NCBI GenBank assembly: GCA_031258665.1
Contig: JAIRML010000288.1
Location: 1-28,340, forward strand
Direction: 5' to 3'
Length of the DNA: 28,340 nt
Source of the DNA: Oscillospiraceae bacterium
Lineage (GTDB): Bacteria > Bacillota > Clostridia > Oscillospirales > UBA929
Below the pieces are notes generated by a model, which searched no databases, was not told where the DNA came from, and saw only the letters and a program-made list of their open reading frames with translations. Every line of letters starts with the position of its first letter. The first letter of the stretch is position 1. Shown in pieces: positions 1-8,081 of the stretch. The position numbers and the translations under genes were made by a program.

Positions 1-1151
1 ATGCCGATCACCTTTTTGAAGTCGGTCTCCACATCTTTTTCCAGCGCCTTGCGGACGGCCCGGTCCTCCAGCGGGGTCTCGAAGAACAGCGTCAAGATGT
101 CTTTGCCGTTTAGATGGTCAATCATGATCTGATATTCGCTGCTGACGCCCTCCACCTGGGCCAGCAGCGTGTCCACCGTGCTGGGGTAGATCAGCGCGCC
201 CTTCACCTTGACCATGTCGTCCGAGCGACCGATCAGTGTGTCGATCCGCGGGAAGTCGAGGCCGCAGGCGCATGGGCCGGGGAGATCCCGGGTCAGGTCG
301 TGCGTGCGGTAACGGATCAGCGGCGCGCCCTCCTTTTGGAGCGTCGTGATCACGATCTCTCCGATCGCCCCCTCCGGCACCGGCAGGCCGGTCTTTGGGT
401 CGATGATCTCGTAGTACAAAAAATCGGTCCACATGTGCATGCCGCACTCGTGCCGGCAGCTCATCCCGATGCCGGGGCCGTAGATTTCGGTGAGGCCGTA
501 GATGTCGTAGAGCTCGACGCCCAGTTCGCTCGCAATGCGCCGGCGCATCTTTTCGCCCCAGCGCTCCGAGCCGATGACACCCTTTTTCAGGTGGATGCGG
601 TCCCGCACGCCGCGCCGCTCGATCTCCTCGGCGAGCAGCAGCGCGTAGGAGGAGGTGGCGCCCAAGACGGTGGATTTCAGATCCATCATCATCTGGATCT
701 GCTTGTCCGTGTTGCCGGGGCCCATGGGGATCGCCATCGCGCCCAGCAGTTCCGCGCCGAGTTGAAAGCCGATGCCCGCGGTCCACAGCCCGTACCCCGG
801 GGTGATGTGAATGCGGTCTTTGTTTGTGATGCCCGCGGTCTCGTAACAGCGCCGGAACATGAGGGCCCAGTCGTCCACGTCTTTCTGCGTGTAGGGGATG
901 ATGACGGGTGTCCCCGTGGTGCCGGAGGAGGAGTGGATGCGGACGATCGCTTCGTCGGGCGCCGCCAACAGGCCGAGCGGGTAGGCCTCCCGCAGATCTT
1001 CTTTCTCCGTAAACGGGAGCTTTTCAAAGTCCGCCCGGGTGCGGATGTCCTCCGGCGCGATGTCTCGGAAACGGGTCCGATAAAAGTTTCCCTCCAGAGC
1101 GTGCGCGAGTGAAGCGCGGATCTTGGCCAGCATCCCCGGCGTCATGTCCAT
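1..1151 (-). CDS. paaK: Phenylacetate-CoA ligase family protein (3' end outside the window)
   Basis: Hand-translated; absent from the ORF track because there is no stop in the window. ATG at 1151 with an AAGGGGG RBS. MDMTPGMLAK... contains IHSSSGTTG, YGLTE, RYRTHD and GRSDDMVKVKG, which are typical AMP-forming PaaK motifs. Confidence 0.9.
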   Translation of the reverse strand, partial: MDMTPGMLAKIRASLAHALEGNFYRTRFRDIAPEDIRTRADFEKLPFTEKEDLREAYPLGLLAAPDEAIVRIHSSSGTTGTPVIIPYTQKDVDDWALMFRRCYETAGITNKDRIHITPGYGLWTAGIGFQLGAELLGAMAIPMGPGNTDKQIQMMMDLKSTVLGATSSYALLLAEEIERRGVRDRIHLKKGVIGSERWGEKMRRRIASELGVELYDIYGLTEIYGPGIGMSCRHECGMHMWTDFLYYEIIDPKTGLPVPEGAIGEIVITTLQKEGAPLIRYRTHDLTRDLPGPCACGLDFPRIDTLIGRSDDMVKVKGALIYPSTVDTLLAQVEGVSSEYQIMIDHLNGKDILTLFFETPLEDRAVRKALEKDVETDFKKVIG

Positions 1152-1208
1152 GGATAACTTCCCCCTTCTCTCTGTGTTGTGAGATAGCTTCCCCCTTGTC
1201 TCCCTGTG

Positions 1209-1817
1209 TTATGGCCCGTCTCTCTCCCGCGGCGCCTCGGCCGCCAGCGCCGCGCCGAAGTCCAGGGCGCGGAGGTTTATGTCGAGCAGCCGCGCCGGGA
1301 TCCGCGCCCGGAGCGCCCGTTCGGCCTCAGCCCGGTCAAACGGGAGCAGGCCGCCGGCCGCCGCGACGCCGAGCAGCGCCACGTTGATCGCCTTCGCGCC
1401 GCCGCACGCCGCGATCGTGCGGGCGCCGTCCACGACCGTCAGCCGCCCCACCCGCGCGCGCAGGTATGTGAGCATGGCCGCCGCGTCGTAGGCGCCGCCG
1501 CCCAGCGCGCTGGTCACGGCGTTCACCGGCCGGTCGAAGACAACCATCGCGCCGCGCGTCGCCAGAAACGGGAGCGCGCGCACCGCCTCGCCCGGTTCGA
1601 ACGCGATGATGAGCCCGGCGCCCCTCGGGGGGATCAGCGGCGAAAGGATGTCCGCGCCGATGCGGACATGGCTCACCACGCTGCCGCCGCGCTGCGCCAT
1701 GCCAATGGTCTCGCTGCCGCGGATGTCGAAGCCCTTGTCCAGGGCCGCCTGGCCGATCAGTCTGGAGAGCAGCACGGTTCCCTGGCCGCCCACGCCGGTG
1801 ATGATGAGGTTCAGCAT
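1209..1817 (-). CDS. iorB: Indolepyruvate:ferredoxin oxidoreductase beta subunit
   Basis: True start MLNLIITGVGGQGTVL (ATG 1817), with ETIGMAQRGGSVVSHVRIG and N..LLG motifs. Start overlaps the iorA stop. Confidence 0.92.
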   Translation of the reverse strand: MLNLIITGVGGQGTVLLSRLIGQAALDKGFDIRGSETIGMAQRGGSVVSHVRIGADILSPLIPPRGAGLIIAFEPGEAVRALPFLATRGAMVVFDRPVNAVTSALGGGAYDAAAMLTYLRARVGRLTVVDGARTIAACGGAKAINVALLGVAAAGGLLPFDRAEAERALRARIPARLLDINLRALDFGAALAAEAPRERDGP

Positions 1818-3637
1818 GGGCGCCCACCCCCTCCGATCGCGGACACCGGGCAGAGCGCCGCGCAGAGGCGGCACCCGGTGCACAAGACGGGGTCGATCCA
1901 CGCCGCGCGCCCGTCGGCCGCCCGGGCCAGGGCCGGGCAGCCGAGCTGCCGTAGGCAGCGCCCGCAGCCTGTGCAGGCGTCGCCGTCCACCGCGCAGGGC
2001 GCGCCTCCCCGGTCCACGGCGATACACGGGCCCTCAAAGAGAATGACGCGCACGCCCCGCGTGCCCAGCGCCGCCGCCACCGCCCTCTTGGCGGCGGGCA
2101 GATCGAACGCGTCCACGCGCGCCAGCGCCGTGACGCCGAGGGATGAGACCAGGGCGTGGATGTCGACCCGCGGCGCCGCCGCGCCCGACGCCGTCCGACC
2201 GATGCCCGGATGAGGTTGGTGGCCGGTCATCGCGGTCGTGCCGTTGTCGAGGATGCAGAGGATCACATCCGCTCCGTTGTAGACGGCGTTCACAAGGCCG
2301 GGCAGGCCTGTATGGAAAAATGTGGAATCTCCAATGAAAGCGAAGTGCAGGGTGTCCGGCTCCACACGGCCCAGGCCCTGCGCCATCGTGAGGCCCGCCC
2401 CCATACACAGACAGGTGTCCACCATGTCGAGCGGCGGGGCGTTGCCGAGGGTGTAGCAGCCGATGTCCCCGGAGTAGACGGCGCGCCGGCGCCCGACCGC
2501 CTCCTTTACCGCAAAGAAGGCGCCCCGGTGCGGGCAGCCCGCGCAGAGCACCGGCGGACGGGCCGGCGGTGACGGCGCTTCTCCGGCTTCTCCATCCGCC
2601 TTCGCCGCCTCGCCGCCCTCCGGCGCGGGGAGGCCCAAAAAGCGCCGCACGGCAAGGCGCACCCCGGCGACGGTATTCTCCCCGGCGTTTGGCATGTCGC
2701 CGGTGCCCTTGCCGCGGACCACCGCGCGCAGGCCGCGCCGCCCGCAGAGGCGCAGCAGCGCGTCTTCGATGACGGGGTCCAGTTCCTCCGCCACCAACAC
2801 TTCGTCGAGGCCCTCGAGAAACGACAGCCCCAGCGCCTCCGGAAAGGGGACGGTGGAGACTTTCAGCAGCTTGCAATCGACCTGTATATCCGCCAGCGCC
2901 TCGCGGACATAGGGGTAACTGACGCCCCCCGCCGCAATGCCCAGGCGGCCGCGGCCCGTGAGGGCGTTGTGCGGATAGGCGGAGAACGCGTCGCTCAGGG
3001 CGCGCAGCTCCGATTCGATTTTGAGATGGTTCTGATACGAGAGGCGGGGGAAGATCACCCACCGGCCGCCGTCTTTGTGAAACCCCTCCGGCGCGCGGCG
3101 GGGCAGTTCGTCCAACAGTGTCACCGAGGCGTAACTGTGGCAGACGCGTGTGGTGGGGCGCAGCAGCACCGGCCGGCCCTGGGCCTCGGAACAGGCGAAC
3201 GCGTCCGCCGCCATCAGGTAGGCCTCCTCCGGCGTGGAGGGGTCGAACACCGCGAGCTTGGCAAAGAGGCCGAAGTGTCTGCTGTCCTGCTCCGTCTGCG
3301 ACGAGATCGGCCCCGGGTCGTCCGCGACGACGACGACGAGCGCGCCCCGGACCCCCACATAGTTCAGGCTCATGAGCGGGTCGGAGGCGACATTCAGGCC
3401 CACCTGCTTCATCGTGACCATGGCCCGCGCGCCCGCGCAGGCGGCGCCCGCGGCCACCTCCAAAGCGGACTTCTCGTTGACAGACCATTCCACGTAGATC
3501 CGCCCGTCTTTCTGTCGGGCCACGGTTTCCAAAATCTCGGTGGAGGGTGTGCCCGGGTAGCCTGTCACACAGGTGACCCCCGCGCGCACGGCCCCCAGGG
3601 CAATCGCCTCGTTGCCCATAAGCAGTCGTCTCTCCAT
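1811..3637 (-). CDS. iorA: Indolepyruvate:ferredoxin oxidoreductase alpha subunit
   Basis: Start MERRLLMGNEAIALGA (ATG 3637). Motifs GYPGTPSTE, WSVNEKSA, MKQVGLNVASD, CAGCPHR, GDIGCY and TPP-binding GDSTF..N, plus a C-terminal double CxxCxxC ferredoxin domain. Confidence 0.95.
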   Translation of the reverse strand: MERRLLMGNEAIALGAVRAGVTCVTGYPGTPSTEILETVARQKDGRIYVEWSVNEKSALEVAAGAACAGARAMVTMKQVGLNVASDPLMSLNYVGVRGALVVVVADDPGPISSQTEQDSRHFGLFAKLAVFDPSTPEEAYLMAADAFACSEAQGRPVLLRPTTRVCHSYASVTLLDELPRRAPEGFHKDGGRWVIFPRLSYQNHLKIESELRALSDAFSAYPHNALTGRGRLGIAAGGVSYPYVREALADIQVDCKLLKVSTVPFPEALGLSFLEGLDEVLVAEELDPVIEDALLRLCGRRGLRAVVRGKGTGDMPNAGENTVAGVRLAVRRFLGLPAPEGGEAAKADGEAGEAPSPPARPPVLCAGCPHRGAFFAVKEAVGRRRAVYSGDIGCYTLGNAPPLDMVDTCLCMGAGLTMAQGLGRVEPDTLHFAFIGDSTFFHTGLPGLVNAVYNGADVILCILDNGTTAMTGHQPHPGIGRTASGAAAPRVDIHALVSSLGVTALARVDAFDLPAAKRAVAAALGTRGVRVILFEGPCIAVDRGGAPCAVDGDACTGCGRCLRQLGCPALARAADGRAAWIDPVLCTGCRLCAALCPVSAIGGGGRPC

Positions 3638-3723
3638 TGGCCTCTCTCCCCTCACGGTCCGCGCGCCCGCGCGGGTTGGGGCGGTGTGTTCAGAAAATAA
3701 GCTCGGAATTTTTTGGAGAAGTC

Positions 3724-3752
3724 TTGACAAATGGCCGGTTTTCATATAAGGG
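3724..3752 (+). promoter_or_regulatory. Possible sigma-A promoter for the Rrf2 gene
   Basis: Perfect TTGACA at 3724-3729. The -10 is weak: TATAAG at 3745 gives only a 15-bp spacer. Confidence 0.35.
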
Positions 3753-3827
3753 TATAGGGTATAGTGATCGGTTAAAGAAAAAGATACAAAGAGAAAGATA
3801 CAAAAATTGTTGTCAGGAGGAAGGGTT

Positions 3828-4259
3828 ATGCGTATTTCCACACGGGGGCGCTACGGTCTGCGCTTTATGCTGGTGCTGGCCGCAGAGTACGAACATGGCG
3901 TGATCTCCCTGCGGGAAGTGGCGGAGCGGGAGTCTATGCCGGAAAAATATCTGGAGCAGATTGTCTCCTATTTCATCAAAGCGGGGTTGGTGGACAGTCT
4001 GCGCGGCGTGCGGGGCGGGTACCATCTGGCCAGGCACCCTGTCGACATCACGGTGGGCGATATATTGCGGCTGACGGAGAACGTGTTCCCGACGGCGGCC
4101 TGCGGCCGGGAGGGCGTCCACTGCGGTCATTCGGAGAGCTGTGTGCTCATTGAGATCGTTGAGGACATTCGCGGCGCCGTCGACCGTGTGATGGACCGCC
4201 TCACGCTGGAGGAGCTCCTCGGGCGGTTCCGGCAGCGGTCCGCCTCTCTCGCGGTGTGA
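3828..4259 (+). CDS. Rrf2-family (IscR/CymR-like) transcriptional regulator
   Basis: AGGAGG RBS. MRISTRGRYGLRFM...YLEQI...V.S.RG..GGY.L, with three C-terminal cysteines (ACGREGVHCGHSESC) like Fe-S-binding Rrf2 proteins. Confidence 0.92.
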   Translation: MRISTRGRYGLRFMLVLAAEYEHGVISLREVAERESMPEKYLEQIVSYFIKAGLVDSLRGVRGGYHLARHPVDITVGDILRLTENVFPTAACGREGVHCGHSESCVLIEIVEDIRGAVDRVMDRLTLEELLGRFRQRSASLAV

Positions 4260-4260
4260 G

Positions 4261-4425
4261 ACAAGAGCCGGGTGCAATGGGTGCCTGACAGGATTGACAG
4301 CGGACACTGGACAATTGTCAGGCGCCTCCCGGCGCGCGGCGGGCAATGGTTCACTGTCCGATTTGTTCACTGTCCGATTTCCCGGCGTCTCCCGGGCGCG
4401 CGGCGCGCCATTGTCCATTGTCCAT
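4261..4425. repeat. Mosaic of short repeats between the convergent Rrf2 and esterase genes
   Basis: Exact 16-bp tandem GTTCACTGTCCGATTT x2 (4349-4380), near-duplicate GGCG(C/T)CTCCCGG(G)CGCGCGGCG at 4321 and 4384, and ATTGTCC/TGGACAA heptamers. Confidence 0.7.
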
Positions 4426-5361
4426 GGTGCGGCCCGCGCCGTCGCTGCGGAGCAGACGGAGGATGCGCCGCATGTCCGCTCGGCTCTCCGGGACCAGTGG
4501 CATATAGGGCCACACATGGATCATGTCCTCGCGGTACCAGTAGTCGTGCGCAATCCCCTCCGCCAGAAGACGGCGGTGCAGCCGCTCCGTGTCGGGGTAG
4601 AGGATGTCCCGCCCGCCGATACAGAGCGTGAGACGCGCGCCGGAGCGCCGGAGGTTCTCGTAGGAGAAAAACAGGGGGCTGACGTCCTCGTTCTTTACCG
4701 AGAGAAGCATCCGCTGTGCCGTGGTCTTCACCGTATCCCACGGCAGGAGAAGGTCCAGATCGCGCCGCGCCTCGGCGTCCGGGTTGGAAAACGAGGCGTC
4801 CGCGCAGGGCGACAGGGCAATGAATCGGCCCGGCTGGACATCGGGCGCAAGGCGGGAGGCGAGGGAGAGGGCCAGGGTGGCGCCGGCGCTGTCGCCCCAA
4901 ACGGCCTGCAGCCGGCCTCCGAAATCCCGGCGCGCCGCGTCGAAGGCGGCGGCCACATGGTCGTAGATCTGCGCGAGACCGGCCTCGGGGAACAGGGGGT
5001 AGCGCACGAAATAGACGGCGGCGCCCGTGCGGCGCGCCAGCATGGTGGCCGTGTGCCAATGCAGCGGGAGCGGAGGCATGACAAAACCGCCGCCGTGAAT
5101 GAAAAAGACGGCCTTGTCCGGAGCCGCCGCCCCGGCGGACAGGAGGTAGAGCGGGAACCCGCCCACGTCCAGCCGCACGACGCGCAAGCCATGCAGCCGC
5201 AGGCCATACAGCCGCAGGCCCTGCGCCCGCTGTTTCTGCGGCCGCGCGGCGCTCTCGCGAAACGGCGCCCGCTTGGCGAGCCAGTGTTTGAGCCCAAGCA
5301 GACGCATCAGGCAGAAGACGGCCCGGGCAAGCCGGCTCACCCGTTGTTGTGTATCGACCAC
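4351..5361 (-). CDS. Alpha/beta hydrolase, hormone-sensitive-lipase-type esterase
   Basis: GTG start with GGAGG RBS. Oxyanion motif HGGGF, nucleophile GDSAG, Asp in GRDIL and His in MIHVWP. Confidence 0.88.
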   Translation of the reverse strand: MVDTQQRVSRLARAVFCLMRLLGLKHWLAKRAPFRESAARPQKQRAQGLRLYGLRLHGLRVVRLDVGGFPLYLLSAGAAAPDKAVFFIHGGGFVMPPLPLHWHTATMLARRTGAAVYFVRYPLFPEAGLAQIYDHVAAAFDAARRDFGGRLQAVWGDSAGATLALSLASRLAPDVQPGRFIALSPCADASFSNPDAEARRDLDLLLPWDTVKTTAQRMLLSVKNEDVSPLFFSYENLRRSGARLTLCIGGRDILYPDTERLHRRLLAEGIAHDYWYREDMIHVWPYMPLVPESRADMRRILRLLRSDGAGRTMDNGQWRAARPGDAGKSDSEQIGQ

Positions 5362-5432
5362 GGCGACACCTCCAAGTATCTCTTAAGATTATAACAACAT
5401 CTGCACAGGGCCGTCAAGAGGCGCCCCCTGTC

Positions 5433-5541
5433 AGAATTTTGGGCTGCGGGCCGCGGGCGCAGCCCGCGCTAGCACCCTGTTGCCGCGAAGCGGCAGCAAA
5501 AAACAAGAATCTGGGTTGTGGGCTGCGGATGCGGCCCGCGC
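5433..5541 (+). repeat. REP-like two-hairpin element, locus A (about 1.5 tandem units)
   Basis: TGTTGCCGC-GAA-GCGGCAGCA, AAAAACAAGAATCT, GGGTTGT GGGCTGC-GGAT-GCGGCCC, preceded by a partial unit. Confidence 0.85.
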
Positions 5542-5582
5542 TGGATATGATATAATTTTTTGGCATTTGATCGAACAAGTAC

Positions 5583-5611
5583 TGGACAAAGAGAACGACT
5601 TGTGGTAATAT
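5583..5611 (+). promoter_or_regulatory. Candidate sigma-A promoter upstream of the surface-protein gene
   Basis: TGGACA-17 bp-TAATAT with a TG extension. A second TGnTATAAT lies at 5548-5556. Confidence 0.45.
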
Positions 5612-5620
5612 TACACTATG

Positions 5621-5691
5621 GTGGGTTGCCCCTGCAACCCACAACCCAAACTCTTGTTTTTCGTTGCCGCGAAGCGGCAGCAAGGTACTAG
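5621..5691 (-). repeat. REP-like two-hairpin element, locus B
   Basis: Reverse complement reads TTGCTGCCGC-TTC-GCGGCAACG AAAAACAAGAGTTT GGGTTGT GGGTTGC-AGGG-GCAACCC AC. Confidence 0.88.
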
Positions 5692-5794
5692 AGGGCTGGC
5701 GGCACAATGGGTACCGTCAGGCGGGCTGTATGGCCGTCGGAAATGTGGTGAGGGTACCCACGCCGTATCCTCCAGGGTGGGAAGGACGAGGAAG

Positions 5795-7722
5795 ATGAAG
5801 ACAAGAAGGATCGCGTGGACGCTCTGCGCGCTCATGGCGTTGGCCTTATGTGCCTCTGTGGGCGCGGGGGCGTACGCTTTGCCCGAGCCGAGAGAACCAT
5901 ACCCCCCCACAGATCTAAACAAGGTGGACGGCTCGGCGGCGGTCATCGACCTGGAGGCGGAGGTCTATACCGACGCCACACTGGGCGAAATCGTGATCTT
6001 CAAGGCGGCCGACCCCGGCAAGTGGGCCACTTTGAAGGTGGACGCCGTCCAGCCGGGCGAGTCTTTTGTGGTCACTTTTCGGTACAAAAACACCATAGAA
6101 GTGGCCGGCCGGCCGTTGCGCCTTTCCCCGCATCTCTCCGCCCTGTCGCCGGACACCGGCGCGCGCCGCGCGGTGGACAAGCTCACCTTCCGGGTCTACA
6201 CCCAATTGTTTAGCGCCGGCTACTTGGAGGCGCCGGGGAACACGGAGAGCGATTGTTTCCGGACCGAGCAGGGCGACGCCAAGAGTGTGCGGGAGATTGA
6301 GGCGCCGCTGCCGTCCGGTGTGCCGCCGATCCAGAGGCGGCAGACCGAGCTCGACTGGGTGAGCCATCTGTCGCGGGACCGCACGGTGTCACTCGACACG
6401 ATCCAGCCGGGGGATGTCCTCTACATCCACTATTGGTTCTATTGGGACGGTTCTTTGGGCGCGGTCGCGCCCGAGAGGCCGGGTGACGACCCGCTTCAAA
6501 ATGTCAACATCGACCCGGCCACCGGCCGGCATCGGCGGGACTGCGCCGACGCGGCGTGTACGCACGACAACCACTACATGGGCCTCCCGTTCAGCCTGGA
6601 GTGGAAGCTCTACGCCACATACGCAACGTCCCCGTCCCCGGTGGGCTATACGCTGAGACATCAGGACGCATCGGGCACGACGCTGGCGCCCGACGCGGTC
6701 ACACAGGCCGCGGCCTCGACGAAGTACGCGGGGGACAGATGGGAACCGTCCCCCCTCGCGGATCTTGTCGTTGAGGGCGTAACGTACCAGTACCTGGGCT
6801 ACAAAGTGTCGCCTTCCGGTGCACTGACGGGGGGGGCGCCCACCCGTCTGCTGACCGGCGACGCGTCGGAGAATGTCCTCATATTGGTGTATGAGCCGCG
6901 ACCGGCAACGCCGTCCGCGGTGAGCTATACGCTGAAGTATCAAAATGCCGGCGGCGCGACGCTGGCGGCCGACGCGGTCACGTCGGCCGCGGCCTCGACG
7001 AAGTACGCGGGGGAGACATGGACCGTGTCGCTCCCCATCGCGGATCTTGTCTTTGAGGGCGCCGTGTACCGGTACGTGGGCTACAAAGCGCCGCCTTCCG
7101 GTTTATTGACGACGGAGGGAGCGCCCTTCCGTGTGCTGACCGGTGACGCGTCGGAGAATGTCCTCATATTGATATACGAGCTGGTCGAGGAGTCAACGCC
7201 GACGCCGACGCCGGGCGGGGGGTCGAGGCCGAATCCGACGCAGACGGTCGCGCCCGCATCCGGTATCAGGACGAGCTGGGCGCCACCATCAGGCCGGACA
7301 GAACGCTGGCGGCCCGCAACGAGGACACCTGGTTTGAGTACTCCTTCGATGAGAGCGCCGACGCCATCGACGGCTACGCCTTCATCGAGTACAGGCCGTA
7401 CCCGCCGCGCATCCAGCTGCGGCGAGGCAACGCCAACGCCATCACGCTGATCTATCGCGTGGTGCCGGGGCAGCCGGGGGAGAATGTGCCCGATACGCCG
7501 CCGCCGCTGGAGCCGCCGGACCCGTTCGGTGACCCCGGCGAGGACATCGGCGATACGCCGCCGCCGCTCGGGCCGCCGACCAAGCCGGATGTGCCCTACA
7601 CAGGGGGCTTTGACCTCACCGACCTGTTCTTTGTCGGCGTGTTCCTGCTGGTGTTGGGGCTGCTCTATTACCGGGGCGAGAAAAAGCGGAGACAAAAACA
7701 GTCCGCGGCGCCCGCGCCGTAA
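5795..7722 (+). pseudogene. Sortase-type cell-surface protein with MucBP-like repeats, interrupted by one frameshift (real, phase-variable or sequencing error)
   Basis: Signal peptide MKTRRIAWTLCALMALALCASVGAGAYA. The first frame stops at 7450. The -1 frame is open from 7147 to 7722 and encodes a third repeat-like domain (RIRYQDELG...LIY), Pro-rich repeats, VPYTG, a hydrophobic helix and a KKRRQK tail. Confidence 0.8.
6641..7180 (+). repeat. Tandem duplication of a ~93-aa domain (period about 279 bp)
   Basis: Copies start at 6641 and 6920 and share long identical stretches, e.g. GGCCGCGGCCTCGACGAAGTACGCGGGGGA and GACGCGTCGGAGAATGTCCTCATATTG. Confidence 0.9.
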
Positions 7723-7750
7723 GGCCGGCGCCCGCCCGGCTCCGCGCTTT

Positions 7751-7821
7751 GGTATTTTATTGCCGCTTCGCGGCAATAAAATACAAGAATTTGGGTTGTG
7801 GGTTGCAGACGCAACCCGCGC
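7751..7821 (+). repeat. REP-like two-hairpin element, locus C
   Basis: Perfect 15-bp stem GTATTTTATTGCCGC-TTC-GCGGCAATAAAATAC, then AAGAATTT GGGTTGT GGGTTGC-AGAC-GCAACCC. Confidence 0.88.
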
Positions 7822-7885
7822 TTAGACAAGATTTTATGCTTTTGCGGCATTCTCGTTTTGCGTGTGGAAGAAAGAAGAAAGAGAC

Positions 7886-7918
7886 AAAAAACCACGACGG
7901 ATTCCGCCGTGGTTTTTT
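7886..7918. terminator. Probable bidirectional intrinsic terminator
   Basis: A6-CCACG(A)CGG-ATT-CCG(C)CGTGG-T6. Confidence 0.7.
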
Positions 7919-7945
7919 GCGTGGGCGGCGTTTTTGATTTTTTTG

Positions 7946-7974
7946 TTGTCCCGCGCGCCGTGGGCTGATATAAT
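7946..7974 (+). promoter_or_regulatory. Sigma-A promoter for prmA
   Basis: TTGTCC-17 bp-TATAAT with an extended -10 TG. Confidence 0.65.
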
Positions 7975-8081
7975 AAATGGACGCCTCTGACCGGCGGAAG
8001 ATGTGCAAAAGACCGCGGGGCAGAGCGCTGAGCGCTGTGCCCCGGTGTCGCCCCGGCGGCGGGCGGGACAGGGGGGAGATT

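Noticed and set aside
114-1112. Long plus-strand ORF (332 aa) and the 118-786 minus ORF
   Set aside because: Shadow frames of paaK in GC-rich DNA. The true minus frame has clear PaaK motifs and these do not.
3638-3841. 68-aa N-terminal extension of the iorA ORF
   Set aside because: It runs through the AT-rich divergent promoter and overlaps the Rrf2 start. Family similarity begins at MERRLLMGNEA.
5618-5794. Upstream extension of the surface-protein ORF, and likewise 19640-19726 for the binding protein
   Set aside because: These are stop-free readings through repeat elements. Canonical signal peptides begin at 5795 and 19727.
7196-7213. ACGCCG hexamer repeat as the cause of the surface-protein frameshift
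   Set aside because: Six-base unit changes keep the frame. It only encodes the Thr-Pro linker.
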